The position numbers were made by a program, and so were the translations under genes. The notes beneath the pieces are model-generated. The model searched no databases. It was not told the DNA's origin and was given only the letters and a program-made list of their open reading frames with translations. Source: Raja brachyura (taxonomy: Eukaryota). From it: DNA of 64,000 nt. Below are positions 27,301-42,620 of this stretch, piece after piece; the first letter of the stretch is position 1; the number at the start of each line of letters is the position of its first letter. Location: the NCBI GenBank assembly GCA_963514005.1, contig OY740808.1, forward strand, positions 31,186,001 to 31,250,000, given 5' to 3'.

Positions 27301-30300
27301 GATAACTCCGGAGCTCACCATGACGTTATCCAGATGGGAGAAGCAGAATTCAAGAAAGTCACAAGCCTGTCTGAAGAAGCAAGTATTAAGATACAGGACT
27401 GGGTACTTTTGCATTTTTCTCTTTGTATTTATCAGCGGAGGGGAAGAGTCGAAAATTATCTTTGTATGTTATCAGAATTTTGCGAATTGAGCTTTAAGAC
27501 CTAGATTCAGACTGTATTAACGGTACCGTGTAAATTAGTGCCTGCGACAACCAATTCTAATGCACAGGCTTTAACGTGGAGTGAAACCAGTAGCATTTAA
27601 GGATTTAAATTCGCAATACTTTTTTCAACTTATTTCAAAATACATATATCATTCGAGCGTCGTTGAATGGGTCGTGTTTGCTATACACCATGCTCTCGCC
27701 TTCCAAATTAACCAGTGTAGGAACTGTATTTTCGATAAGGAAGTGGTCTTATATCAGCGTTCTCATGTCTCTTAGTAATCCTGTACGTGATACCAAAAAA
27801 CATTTTACATTTCAATCAAATACACATCCCTTTGTAGCTACCTGAGTTACATACGGTTTAATAAACTTTCTGCTAATGTATTTCGTATTGGTTTGCAAAT
27901 CGTATTGGTTTGGACTGACAAGCACAGCTTTCTCTTCTAGATCTGGACTTTCCATAGAGGAAATTAATATAAAACAGTATCCCTCTGTCATTATAGCATA
28001 CATTACACAGTCAGTAATGTCGAGTAGTCACGACTGCGAGCCTCACTGAAGGCAAAGGTGTAATATATTTATACGCATCCAATGAAACCGAATTCGCCCC
28101 TTATTTTAAATTAGGCAGTACTCTGGCCTAAATCACCATTAGTTCTACTATGTAAATCTAGATGCATGTAGTCTAAACATCACGACATTAGATTTAACGG
28201 TGAGATGCGCCTAATGTTTCATATTCCCCTCCCCAATACCATGACAGCGTTATTTGACCTGCCCTTTTTGGATCTTAATGCTATAGAATGAATATGTTCA
28301 ATGTTAAGGCGATGGCAAGTACTACTTTAGATGATGGCATTAATTTCGACTAGATATTGAATGTTTATATATTGTTTAGGCACTGTGCCCTTCGGCAACA
28401 TTGCCGGAATACTTGGTGAAGGGTGGAGATGAAATGTTATTTTAATCTCTCCAACTGATTATCGTGTCTTTAGAACCAAATACTGAACGCTCGTTTCCAC
28501 ATGCATATTTTAAAATAGTATCAATACATCTGCAGGTTCTATAGTAAAAACGATGGCAACATCCACGTTAACGCACGTTGAATAATACATTACAACCATC
28601 TCCAATATCATCATCACATCAGAAGTTTTGTAACTAAGATATGTTTTACCTACCGACGGTGTGCAATATTTCCTCGACCAATGGACAAAACAACAGCTCC
28701 CCGTTATATTGGGATCATGCTTGCAGGTTTTTGTTTCCTATATTTTTTTATAAGTTTGATTCGGCGCCAGGAACACCTCGGCCCAGCGTCAGCACACCGC
28801 CCAGTTAGTTTCGTATTAAGCCACTCCAGCGACTTGACCGAATTTAATATTAGAGATTTTACTAGCCATACGCCAATAGATAAAGAATGCCGCGAGAACA
28901 TCAGCCATTCACCTATAGAAGTCGTTAACGTCACCAATACGCAAATAAGCTTTTTGTGTTGGTTGACTGAAACTCCGATGGATTCTCAAACCGAATCAGG
29001 ATTATTCCCGGCAAGTGCATTGCAATTTGCGTAGATCAGACAATGCTCGACGTGGGGTTTAAAATCCAACAAGGCATACGTTAAATGTATTTTCTTTATC
29101 GGTTTGCAATGATTAGATGTTGGAGTCGGTTTAACGTTCTTGTGCCTCCGTTCTCTGTTCCGAGTTTAATTCGCCACTCGGTTGCTGGAATTGCATTATT
29201 AACTGAAATCTTGTCAAATGAATGTAGAGACACTTGGGTGACAAGTACTGCGCTATATATAGTAATTGATAACTTGCTGGTTCACAGTATCAGAAGATAG
29301 CGCTTGTGAAGCAATTATTACCAGTGTTTACTTTATCATCTGCCCCACTAACGCAGCTAACAGAAACTGGGGATAAAATCGTTAGTGGCCTTCATTGCTT
29401 AATTGCAACAAAAAAAACAAAATGCTAAGACTTTCTTCCGATGACGTTCCGCAGCTGGCACACGTAATAATGCATATGCAGCGCCAATTAAATAAGTGTG
29501 AAGGTTACTTTGAGCCGAGCGGAGTTGAGAGTTGTTAAGAATACCAGTGACCTAAGGGTTTTGTATTTAGGAAACGACATTGGCAGTCATGATTGGCAAG
29601 TATTTGCGGTGAGTGAAGTCCCAGCGATCTGCAATGTTTATTAGAAGCTATTTATAACGTGCACTAACACATCTATGTTTATTTCCTATTTAAATAAACA
29701 TCATGTTTGGGGTGAACATTTTAACATAGAATGCATTTTAGCTGAAGTGGTTAAACATCTCAGTTGCTTACTGTATGAGGGAAGGGCATGGCCGCATTCG
29801 CCGTTCGAAATAAAACAATAACAGGCCTCTGTGATGAATAATAGTTATTGCGGCTGTTACAACATGAAAACAATTGTATTCTTGCCATGTAACCAAATGA
29901 TGTTTGCTGCATGCATGGTTCATTTGATTACACATGTCAGAGAAATACTGTGGTCTCTTAAAGTATGAAATATTAAACTAAATTAAATCTGTAGTTACAA
30001 GACTGCACAGCAAAACGTCACTGCAGCCATTTTATTACTGCATAAAATTATTTACTTCAGTTTTTCTAAACAGGCGGGGTCCTGGGTTACTACTCCGTTG
30101 TTTTGGCTGCAAACAGCATCATGGGAATCTGTCTGGTTATTACATACAACAACGGGCAGGCTCCCAATTCAATTTAATACGTGCCGAGGCCCAATTCCAG
30201 TTGTAAGTCTGCACTGCTCCCATTGTCTTTGTAGAAGTTCTACTGATGGAGAAAGTCGATATAGAAATAGAGGTGCGCCAGTAATTGTTGCTGATTAATT

Positions 30301-32153
30301 CCTGAAATATTCGGAAGGTTTTTACCACATATTTCCCTCAACTCAATTATTTGACTTAGTTTTGAAACAACATTCGTTATAAAATCAATGCATCGAATCT
30401 GGGTGCAATATAGAATGGAATTTCATGTAGTATACCATGAATCGGCCCGAATAAATAATTACGCATCCCATTTAGCACAATGGTCTCAAGGTACTTATCC
30501 ATTATTGTATATTCAAGTCGTTTTATTCTTTAAGGGTTTCATCGTGATGAATAATGCAGAGCTACCAATTGCACATTGTGCACCGTTGACTCCGGGAACA
30601 TTTGTCACAATGATATGGGTCAATATGAGGTGGTTGAGATCTGAAAAAGATCTCCTTACATGTACGGTTTAATAAATAATAATTTTACAGTAACCCAATT
30701 ATCAAAAGATGAACTGAATTCAGCGAGTATTGGATTTCATTTTTAGCATTATTTTTGTTTTCAAGGGCTCGTCGTTGTTTAAATTAAACATTTTCCAAAT
30801 AAAGCGTAATTTAAAGTTCTTTAAATTGGCAACCGTAAATGGGACAATATTTTATTTTATTAGTCGTGGCAATTAGTTGTTGGCGGTTGTTGGGAATTAA
30901 CAAACGTTTCATTAAACCAGTCTTGTTATCCACATCCTTCATTAGAATCCCTGCCTACATATAACAAACAGGGCACTGCATTTAACTTTCCACATGCGTT
31001 AAACCTGTAAGAGGTTGGCGTGTAAATGCTTATGCAAGCTTGAAGGTCTGTTTATTTTAAATAAGATGAATTTATCTTTAGAATAAATGGTGCATTTTAT
31101 GCCTTCAGCTCAAATCCATAACGTGCATCGCGTGATGTGTTAGCAAGCAAACGTTAAAATGATCCCATAAGTTAAGTTATTTTCAAGTTAAGGTCGTTCT
31201 TACTATAGATTTCGAGAGTAAAGTTTTAATGTGTACTGAAATGTTATCTACTTATTTTGCCGGGTTTCAATACATTTATCGCTGTTCTTAAATACTTACA
31301 TGTTAAATATTACACATGGTAGCCATGAACGAATTTGGCACACGTAAAATGTGCACATTTGGAATGGCATTTGAGTAGGGGATGTGTAATTAATTGAAAT
31401 ACATTAAAAAATACGGAAACGACTTTACTGACTTTGTTAATTCGATGGGAGTATCTATATTGCTAATAAACAGGTGTAAATTAGGCAGGGTTAATGGGGG
31501 GGGGGGGGCATCCAAATTGGAATCGAACGACGAACCCATGATTTCCAATCACAGTGCCAACCTGGAATGGCCCACATCAACAATCCTACTAAAAATATAA
31601 CTCGACATGTAAGGTGCTCAGATGCTGACTCCGTCCCATCCACGGGGGACATGATGGAACGCACGCCACTTGCAACGCTATCCAGGTTCAAGAAGTTCAA
31701 GAAGTTCAAGAAATTCCAGATTAAAACAAATGCTTCACCGGCACCCAATTCACCATAATTCCATCAAGACGAATGGTCGCTGTCCGCTCTGTGCACAACC
31801 TATAAATTCTTGTTCAAACTTATATGACAGTGCTTAAAAAACCCCAACCATCTCCAACGTTTAGAAGGACAAAGCCAACTACCACATGGGAACCCCGGCA
31901 TCTCCAATTTTCATTCCATGATATACATCACCCCAATGGGGGAAATATAAAGTCTTGCATTCCTCCATCATTCTTGGGCCAAAATCATTTGGCGTCCCAG
32001 CGAACAGTTGCAAGCCATTTCCCCATTCGGAAAAGATACTCAGTCCTACCTTCTCAGAAGCGATTAGGATGAGCATTAAACGTGGCTCAACTATTCCCAT
32101 AGGCCATGAAGGAAATCAAAGGAGCAGCTAAGAAATAATGTTGTGCTTACGTT

Positions 32154-32249
32154 AGGTAGACAAAAGTGCTGGAGAAACTCAGCGGGTGCGGCAGCATCTA
32201 TGGAGCAAAGGACATAGGCAACGTTTCGGGCCGAAACCCTTCTTCAGAC
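32154..32249 (-). mobile_element. Short PLE-derived element (subfamily B) with intact hammerhead core
   Basis: Revcomp GTCTGAAGAAGGGTTTCGGCCCGAAACGTTGCC; stem II kept by G-U wobbles. Confidence 0.8.
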
Positions 32250-35200
32250 TCATTTTACTTCGATTTTGTGTACATCAAGACCAAAAAGCGGAAATGTAAC
32301 TTTTGGGCACATTTTTGGGGAGTTTGCACAACAATAAACCTGTGTATTATTTAAGTTAATTGATGAATGGGTTTCAGAAAATTATCAGCACAATATTATG
32401 GTCCGAGAATTAGAATGCAAACTTCATTAATTTGGCAGGAGTTACTAATAATAATCCCCATACTTCAGAATTATGTTAATATTAACTCGTCTCCAGGGGG
32501 TAACTTTGCCCAACGAGGGTAATTTGGAGAAAACGAAAAATATCGTAAAATCAATATAACAATTAAGAAGAAAAATGACACCAGTGTTTTCTACATTAAA
32601 GAGGAGGTTTCCAATTAAAATGAGTCGACGTGGAAAACAGTGTACGACCAAATAATGCAACCAAACACTGTTTAATACTACCGACCACCGAATACAGTCT
32701 GGAAGTTCATTTCCTTCAGTAAATTATGGAACGTTTCAAATTAGGCATGATCGAGGATTATTAGTCCCTCAAGATCTGACGAACAGTCAATATATTCGAA
32801 TTCCCGAAAATCATTGCAATTTTAGAAAGTGCGATGGTGTGTGTTTTTCTATACATAGGAAACAACCAATGGAAGCTACAAACATCCTGATGGAACCGTG
32901 CTTGGATTTTATAGATCACTTGTACAGCGAGTATACATGTGTAACCCCGGCCAGGTTAATCAGTTTCCTATCAATCAAAAGTTTACGAGTTAACAGGAAA
33001 TGCTGCAAAGATGAAAAGTACTGCAAAACTGTTGAAGACATCAGCCGAAGGAGCATGTCGTTTAGCCTGGCCGATCTCTGTTCTCTCTCAGTAGAGGATT
33101 AAAGGCATGTATCTTTAACGCGGCCTGTTGTTGGCGCCAAGTGGTGTGTTATTAATCATGACTTTAGCTCCATTTTACGGAAAGGCTGTGCGGCTACATC
33201 TCTTCACCGCCGAGTTAAGATGGTGAAGTAAAAACATATTTCTAGCTGTTCTGTCTATATTTGTATTTTAACCGAAATCCTGTCGCGAATGTCAGAGGTC
33301 CTTCTAATAATCAGACTATTGCTAGTCTACGGATCAAACTGCTCGGAGCGATTACACCGGTGAGTGAATGCAAGTCCTCTCCGGCAAGGTTAATCTGTTC
33401 GCGCAGAAGACAAATATATCACGCAGTTTCAGATCTAAATTCAATAGAGGCCTCAAATATATTGCCGCGTTCTTTGGAGGAATGAGAAAAAGGATGAGTT
33501 CCACGACTCAACATAACCTGTTAAACCTCACAGCGCAGTATCATTTCAGTTTAAAGATGATCAAACGCAACTTGCATCTTGACGTTTAACTGATTTTCAG
33601 CAAGGAATGTATGCAATGGATTCTCTCCCCAATACAGAAAGTTTATCACAATGATACAACATACCAATACGTAAGTGTAAAGGATTAGTTTAGTTTGCTA
33701 ACATCGTTATCATAATGCCTGAAATATTCGCAGCGTGCAATACGCTCCAATAGCTTTTTAGCTGGCCTCTCATTTCGAATCCGACACAGTTTTATTCACA
33801 TTAATAGCATCTTTTCAAACGAGGCTCATTTTAGTGTGTTCTCTCCCTCCATAAATACTGATGCAAATAGTCATACCTGTCCATATCTGAACATTTTAGT
33901 TGGTTAAAGCCTATCTGTATTAAATAATAATATATCAATTATGGGTTACTTTGAGACCGTCCTACTTTAAAATTCACTTGAACGTAATCAGTTTTTTTTA
34001 GTTGGAGGCTGTAAATTGTAACTTCTTGTTAAACCACGAGTATATTGTGTGTCGTTTGAATTTCTTTATCCCGTGGCGGCCTTGAATGAAATATGTTCTC
34101 TGTGATATTATGCGCAAACATTTGCTAAGTTTGCGACAGTTTGTCGACTTTCTGCGCACGTCTTTTAAAGCCGAAGAATCAATAATCAATGCACATTTTC
34201 ACTTCGAAGGAACGTGTTCTGACGGTGGATCATATGTGCGCTGTTGCATTCAATTAGTACCGGCTATGGTCAAAATGCACAGGCAAACAATGCGCACCTT
34301 TAAAAGCACAATAAAGGATACGAATTCATAAGACTCGACAAACAACACCACACACAAGTTTGAAATGCGTGTACTGTTTTAAAACGAACATTTTAAACTA
34401 TCTGCCACTATTTTTTTCTGAGGGGGGGATACAATTTATCATTTAATAAACAGCTTCCATTGGGCTTTAAATGTAAGTCGCGGATACGAAAATAAAATAA
34501 ATGTATTTAGAATAAAATGGAAATTATAATGCCCATGACATTTTTACTTCATCGGAATAGTTTTGAGCGATGTTTGAATTATATTTTATCTTACTTTTAA
34601 AAAACTTATTAAATGCTTGATTATAGTTCAGATTTAGAAGTTGTAAGAGCATTTTAGGCTTTATCCTGCATGGTAATGCTCTAAAAAGTCGAAAAAATGC
34701 CACTTACGTTTTTTAAGGAAATTATATATCCTTTATTCGTTGTAAGTGCTAACATTGATAGCTACCAACACTACAGCAGCATTAAAATCAGCCAAAGTGA
34801 TAATAGTACTTTAAGCCTTCGCCTATCGCATTTCCTTCCTCTCCCAAGGGTACCTTTCCTCCTACGCATGTCAATTCAACAATCTGGCGATTCAACCATA
34901 TTCTAACAATTATCAATGGTCGGACACCTAAGTTAGAGCAACGAGGGCCCATCTCCAGAAAAATTTAGTAAACCAGCGGAGCCACAGTAACATGATTAAT
35001 TCGTCTGATGGGGCCTCGTGTGACAATCGATTATCGTGTTTGCCATGTTATAACAGAGGCTACATTTCAAAACAAAATATTGTATTGATTAAAGTAGCGA
35101 TCTGGGACTTCCTGTGGACTGTTAAATGAAGGTCCCTTTTCGGGATTTATATTCTAACGAGACACCGTCACTTTATGAGAACGGCATTGATTCGGGATGA

Positions 35201-37451
35201 ATTAGATTTGGCCATTTTACCAGTGATACGGATGTGCTGCGTCCGCGCTATTCTTTGCCAATATATGTTTCAAGGAGATTAATTTCTCTCCCCCGTGTGA
35301 GACATTTAACTGATTCAAAGATTGTTTAAAAAAACACACTAAATTTCGTGTGGTTTGAGAGCTTTGATGAATGACAAAACAAGACAACTCAGCAAGGAGT
35401 ATTTTTTGCATATTCTATCACTACGTTTGATAATCTATTTTACTCTGCACAAGTTATCCGTATGGCGACAGCGGCAGAAGGCAATGTGGAGCTGTCTAAA
35501 TATTTACTTATATTTATATAGGGTACAACTATCAGCTTTACCGATGTCATAAATACCGGGAAAATAATTCAACGGCGAATTCATGCCCATCCCATACACA
35601 GTTGAATCTTTACTCTTATACACACAATGGGATCGCGACCTTCGAGAGTTTAAGTGGTGCTGGTGGAAGTTCTAGTTTAAGATTGCTTCGGTTTTATAAG
35701 CCATCCTTTTACTTCCGTTTCAGCGACTTGGCCATTATTTGAGCGTTTCGTTTTCACCCCAGAGGTGCTAACATCTAGTTTTAGAAATGATCGAAACAAG
35801 GTTTTTTTTTTAATCCTGTGTATTGAATTTAATCCCCATTACAGGGATAACGGTGAACAATACGTGTATGCGGGGGTAAGGAATGCACTGAAGCCATATT
35901 AAATGTTAGTTCCACGTTAAAGTACTGCAATCTCTCTTCCATTCCACATTAATAATGTTATAATGCTGTGAAGGATTCCAACATTAAATCCGGGATCGTA
36001 TTTTCTAAAATAAATCTTAATTGAGTAACAAGCTAACAGGCAGGTTAATCATTACCTATCGGATGGTAAGGCCAGCGCCTGCAGCCGTCTTGTTTCTATA
36101 CAAGAGGTACGAACTCAGAAATATACCACAAGTGTAATGACCTAACAAGTTCACAGCTTTTGGGTTCTACGTAAACTGAGATCAACGGCACTTTATCCTA
36201 AACTAAAACAAGAAGGGAATTCCTGTTATTTTTATGTTTGAAATTAAGGCACAATTGCCCCATCCCCGCAAACAGAGAAGTCTTGCACATCTTTCGTTTT
36301 CATTCCAGAAGTGCTAACACCTAGTTTTCGCTACATTAATAAATTATCAGCGAATTGCCTGGGTTTTGCGTATAGGAGCGTCAACTAGTTCTGTTTTGAA
36401 GTTCAGTGGTAAGTTCCGAAATGCCTCCAAACCAACAGTTTACAAAATTCGAGGGTTAAGCGCTCGCCAGCTATTTGGAGTGGCTGTTGTTATACCAGCA
36501 CGGAGAGAAACGCCCTTTTAGCCAAAAGAAAATATTCACAATTATTCTGAAATATTTACGATCTGCCAGAGTTAGCAGATTGAAAATCTAATTGGAAAAT
36601 TTACAATAATGGGAAGGATAAAGTTTGGCGAGTACAAACAGTAAAAGTTCTATCGAGGTGTCTGTTAAAATTAACCCATCTCGTTTTTACTATTCCATGC
36701 TTCACAAGAAGTAAAACGAAATCAACGATCGATGTTGTGTCGATGTGCCAAGTTCGTAACAGGGCTCAAACTTGCAAACGTAAAAACAATATATAGTTAT
36801 TGAGATGTTGCTTTGTCTTAATAAATCAACGTTCTTCTCGACCGACCTTTTTACGGTGAACTTCGCCGCAATCAGTACATCGCAAAGAAAATAGAACTTA
36901 CCTTTTAGAAAGGGTAAGTGCAAAGTTAGTCGACGGTGAGAATTAAAATCGCCGCATAAGTAACAGCGGAGGCAGATAATGAAGTGGAGATAACCGATAT
37001 CATTTGTGAACAACTAAGTTTTGGTCTTGTCCCTCAGATGCCAATTTTAGAATGTAATCCCCCCCCCCCCCCCCCCCGCCCCCTCTCATCCACCCATGCC
37101 CAGCACATGCGCACCCCTCCTTCTCACCGGCAAGCGGAATATTCGAGCGCATAACCTGGTTAGCCGAGTCAAATGCATACATTCATGTAAATGTTCACAA
37201 GATATCCGGCTGGAGAGACTGAGCGATAGGTATGTTAGCTATGAGTTCAGACCTTAGTTTGGCTGGATTTGAATAATGGAACAATTCTGATGTATCCACT
37301 ATTAATAGTCCAGAAACAGATTACTTAGACTTAACTGGTTAAACGTGCTATTTACACCACCGGATCTTCCACTCCGTCAATCAACCCACTAAATAAAGAT
37401 TAATTCCATTTCGTGCTAGCTGCTGGATAGCGCATTGGGTCACAGCATCAG

Positions 37452-38645
37452 CTGGAGTTGACACCAAAGTGGGTGGAACATTAGATAGCGAAGATGGTTA
37501 TCAAAATTACAGCAGGATCTTGATCAGTTGGGCAAGTGGGCAAAGGAATGGTGAACGGAGATTAATGCAGATAAGTGCAAGGGGTTGGATTTTGGGAAGT
37601 AAAATACAAGGCAGTACCAACAGAGTGAATGACAGGGCCCTGGGGAATGTTGTAGAGCAGGGGGATCCAGGAGTGCAGTTGCATTTGTACTTGAAAGTGG
37701 AGTCAGGGTATTCAGTACTTTGGCCTTCATCAGTCAGGGAATTGAGTATCGAAGTTGGGATGTTATGTTGCAGTATGTAGGAAGGAACTGCAGGTTTAAA
37801 CCAAAGATGCTGGAATGCTGGAGTAACATCGGTGGGGCAGGCAGCGTCTCTGGAGAGAAGGAATCGGTGACATTTCGAGCCGAGACACTTCTTGTACAAG
37901 ACATTGGTAACGTATTTCAAGTATTGTGTTCATTTTGATCACTCTACTAGAGGAAGGATGTTGCTAAACTGGGCAGCCTCCTACTTTATTCCTTGGAGCA
38001 CAGGAGGATGAGGGATGATCTCATAGAAACTTCCCATATAAATGAAAGGCCTGGAGAGAGTAGATGAGCAGAGAATGTTTCCACTAGTGGGAGAGTCTGG
38101 AACCAGAGGCGATAGCCTCAGAAATGAAGCACATGCCTTTAGGAAGACGAGGAGGAATTTCTTAGCTAGAGGGTGGTGAATCTGATGAATTTGTTGCTGC
38201 AGATAGCTGTGGAGGCCATGTTTGGGTATTTTTAAAAGCGGGATTGACAGGTATTTGATTAGTAAATTTGATTAGTTTTAAAGGTTAGCAAGAGAAGGCA
38301 GGAGAATGGGGTTGAGAGAGAATGGTGGAGGAGACTTGATGGGCTGAAAGGCTCAATTCTGCTTCTCTGACTTATGAACTTATGAATACACAGTTTTTTT
38401 TTACCCAGAGTAGGGGAGTTAAGAACCTGAGGGTATAGGTTAAGGGTGACAGGAGAAAGATTTAAGGGAACCTGAGGGAAACCTTTTCACACAGAGGGTG
38501 AAACTTCCTTCACACAGGTACAAGGAAAGATTTAGAGGGGTATGTACCAAACATGAGTGGGTAGGACTAATTTGAATGGGGGCATCCTATTTGGCATGGG
38601 CAAATTGGGTTGAAGGGCATGTTTCTGTGCCGTATGACTTTATGA
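37452..38645 (+). mobile_element. CR1-type LINE 3' fragments (two adjacent pieces), with a PLE-derived short element inserted at about 37775-37892
   Basis: DTKVGG..DSEDGYQ.LQQDLDQL RT-end motif, RMRDDLIE motif, typical CR1 3'UTR and TTATGA tail. Confidence 0.85.
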
Positions 38646-41632
38646 GTTTGAATTCAGTTTGAGCTAGGCTAGTGAGCTAGCTTCCTCTGTTTGCCAGTTG
38701 CAATAATGTGAAGTGAATTGGAGCAGAATCAACCCAATTTCTAAAGTAAAGCACATTGTGGCAAAGAGTTGAAAAAAAAACTGCAGATGGTAGAAACCGG
38801 AAATATGAATTGAAAATACTGGAAATGTGCAGTAAGTCGGGCAGCCTCCGTGGGAAGAGAAACAGGCCAATGCTTCATGTTTAAAACCCTTCAACAGAAC
38901 CTAGAACTGGAACAGGAAATTGTAGAGGAAGAAACCCTATCATCTTCTGGATGAAGATCTAAGGACTGAGAGTTGAGAAGAAGTAGCTACACAAATATCT
39001 CAACTTCTGTGTTGAATGGGCTGAATGGCCTGCTACAGTTCGTTGGATTTGAAAGATATCATTTTTTATTTTCTCACTTGTTTAAATAGGCTGTGTTTTA
39101 AATAGACTTTGTTTTCTGTTCAATAGGTTGCATACTGCACCCCATCTCCTACATATCAGCTGATACAAAGTGCTGGAGTAACTTAGCAGGGCAGATAGCA
39201 TCACTGGTGACCTTTCAGCTCAAGACCTTTCTTCATACCACTTCTCCCCCCCATCTACAATCAGTCTGTTAAGGGTCTCGACCTCACATCTTTTCTTCAG
39301 AGAAGCTGTCTGACCCCTTGAATTACTCTGGCACTTTGTGTTCTTTTGTGTATTAACCAGCATGTGCAGTTCTTTGTTTCTACATCAGGTGATACAGTAT
39401 TATCAATGAATGTTTTCAGAAAGCTGGAATCTGTTTAAAAAACCCATCTATATTGTACTTCAAGAGCTACATTTTTTATTGTGTTCATTCTATATCCAAG
39501 ATGTATTCCAGAACCCAGAAAAAATGGTATTTCCCCACTTCTATAGGATTATTGGATACAATGGGTTTTGAATGCAAGATTAATAATGAAAGAAGTACTG
39601 AGTGGAGTGTACAGGTATTTATGTTTCTTGGTGCTTTCATTTTAAATTCCAGAACTGTAATTTTCAGTCAATGTATTAGTAATATTCCCAAAGTGAAACA
39701 AACTGGGTAGTGATAGTTAGATATGCATACATATCTAAGAGCCATGCGTTATTTTAAATAACATGTGTAAGTATCCAAAACTGCAACTGATGTAATTTAA
39801 AGAAATAATGATAAAACATTATACATTGGAATAAAAATCAGGCTTTGACCTCAGGTGTGGGAATGAAATAACCAAAGGTTAATTCTTTGGCAATGCAGCA
39901 TTGTTTGCCTATTGAGTACTTAATATGTCTGAAGCCAATGGAAAACCATTTATCAAATGGGAAGCTATGTATCTAACCAAATATGAAGTAGGTCAGAAAG
40001 TATTGTCCTGAAATAATAAAAGTATCCTTATTCACAATCTCACTTGGAAAATGTGTTGATTTTTGATCAAAGAGACTCTGGAGAGGCATAGATGCTCTAA
40101 AGTTGATTCCTAGCATCAGATAGTTAACTGGGAGGAAGCACTGGGATTCAGAAGCTGGGCGAAGATGACTGAGGGGGTAGGACTGAAATTAGCATGGGAC
40201 AAATAAATTGGATAGCGCTATTTAATGACGTGACTAAATAAATCAAAAGCTGCTGTCAGATAAATTTAGTATGGATATGAAGCTCTTCACAGATGTGGCA
40301 GACAACAATTTAGCATTGGAATAATAAAGTTGACATTAGTTAAGGAATACTTGGAGAGTGCAACTCAGGAACCACATGTTTGGTCTCAGTAGAACGATTA
40401 CTTTTCTTCCTGAAAGTGCTTCCCTGGCATGATTTTCTACTACCTGTTATCTTTGTTATCTTTGTTTAGTTTTGGAATGTGGGAAGATTAGTGAGGATGC
40501 ACTTATACCTTCTTGCAGTGAGTAGTTGGTAGAAATCGCCCTAGAACTCTGTGGTGTTGGTTCTCGCAAAATGGTGCTGCATACAAAATTCAGGGGTGCT
40601 GATCAATGACACAGAAGAGACATAACACTTGAACCCGAGGTTCCTCTCTAATCCACGCAACTCTCTGACACACTGATTCTTGTTTATATACCTGCACTGT
40701 GTCAAAATACTGAAACACCCATTTAATAGCATTGTGCCATCACCACACATATTCTAGGAATCATTTTGTTAGATTGTAAGCTTATAAGAAGGCAGGCCAC
40801 CACCAGATAGGGATGTTGTCTCTTGAGTGCCCATACAACCAAGTCTTCCCCCTAGGTATCACTGCAGCCTTGCAGCAGATCGTATGAACAAAGCAGTCAT
40901 TATGGATTTATTTGAACAAGTCAGGATAGTGAATAAATCAGAGAGACATCAGCAGTATTGACATTATCACAACATCTTACTGATGGACATCCCAGAGGAG
41001 GGAAATGCTACTGAAGTAATCTTGATGTACTGCAATTGTCCAATGCACAGTATATATGGTTTGGTTGTATATTTAATGGTTTGCAGTCACAGCAATCTAG
41101 TAATAGAAATTGTATCGGCTGAGTACTATCAAAGCCAATGGAGTAATCTTTTAAATCCCAATGGTGTTTTGCTGCTGGTGCATTTGCCTTAAATACATCT
41201 TTCCAAATTCATTAGATTTTTCTTTATAAATATTGTGTACATTGCTGCAAAAGTCTGCATTTATTGCTTTCCTAATTGCTTTTTCTATTAAGTACTCCTA
41301 ATTTTCCAATCTTTCAAATCCATTCTTATTATTTGTGAAGGAGGGTTAAGTACTTGCACTGTTAAGTATGAGTTCCAGCATTTTGATGCAGTACCGGTGC
41401 AGAAACAATGATGAGTGTGTGTGTCAATGTATTGTGTGCCTGGTGTATGGCTTAGAGAGGAACTATGAGTAGGTGGAATTCTCATGTGTATGTCTCATTG
41501 TCTGCTTAAGTAGAAGTTTTGTTTTGGGAAGAGTTGGCAAGGAATCTTTGCCAAGTTGAAGAAAATAAAAAACAGAAGGGAAATGACTCCTCAAGTCAGC
41601 TCCATTACTAAATATGATATTGTCTGATCATC

Positions 41633-41772
41633 TGAATGAATTAATGAATGTATGAATGAATGAATGAATGATTGTATGACTGACTTGGCAAATGAAATTC
41701 CTCGTATGTTGCAAAACATACTTGGCAAATAAAGTATTATTCCGAATGAATGAATGAATGAATGAATGAATA
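41633..41772. repeat. Two (GAAT)n microsatellite tracts
   Basis: Directly visible at about 41633-41680 and 41744-41772. Confidence 0.9.
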
Positions 41773-42099
41773 CTTTATTGTTACATGTGACAAGTGAAAT
41801 GTGGCAGTGAAATTATTTGCTTGCATAACCAAGGTATGCAAAGAGTTACCACATCAAGGGCACTTACAAGGTTACAAAATGGCCGTGCCAGGTCCCCCTT
41901 TGGTCCCAAGAGGGGACCCAATTTCCCTACTTCCCAATCTTCTTGATCCCAATTTCTCTTTCCTCCTTTCTTCATATACCTGTTGATCCCTTTGTGGTTG
42001 AAATACCTGTCAGTCTCCTCCTTGAATATGTCCAGTTACTTCACCATCACAGCACTCTAGGGTACAGAATTCTACAGAACAACAAAGCTGTGAGAACAC

Positions 42100-42620
42100 A
42101 AACCTCCTCTTCTTCCAATGACGCATCTTGTAGTTGCCATTCACTATAGTCATGGTGAGCCATTGGTGAAGAGACTGAATATTGAGCATGACGAATGGGA
42201 CATCAAGCAGGCGAATTGCTTTCTGCTGGATGTTGATGATTTTCCTCAGCTTTGTAGGAGCTGCTCTCAAGTCAGGTGCATTCTGACCTGACATGTCTTA
42301 GGAGGTCAAGAGGTGAGCTATGGTATTTATGTGAGTCATCAAGTTAATTTTTAATCACCATTCAATCCCACTCTACCAAACCCTACACCCTATCCCCACT
42401 CCACCTGAAGGATCTTGATGGTTAGAACTTGACAATTGTAATGTTGTTGAATGCCAAAGGGAGTTGGAAATCACTATTGTCTGGCACCTGTCAGATATGA
42501 ATGCTAAACTGAAATCTATCCTGGACCTGTTGCATATAAACAATTCTAGGTTGCAGGAATTGCGAATGAGATTGAGTTCCATAGTTCTCCCCATTGATCC
42601 TCATTTCTAACCGAATTATA
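42100..42620 (-). mobile_element. Old non-LTR retrotransposon fragment (second LINE family)
   Basis: AAPTKLRKIINIQQKAIRLL resembles LINE ORF2 C-termini; related decayed plus-strand pieces at about 5575-5780 and 31540-32080. Confidence 0.55.

Noticed and set aside
26387-27414. Cluster of 110-163 aa ORFs
   Set aside because: Mostly produced by CA/CT microsatellites and GC-rich sequence; no recognisable domain
31686-31718. (TTCAAGAAG)3 giving FKKFKKFKKF
   Set aside because: Small slippage expansion within a decayed LINE fragment
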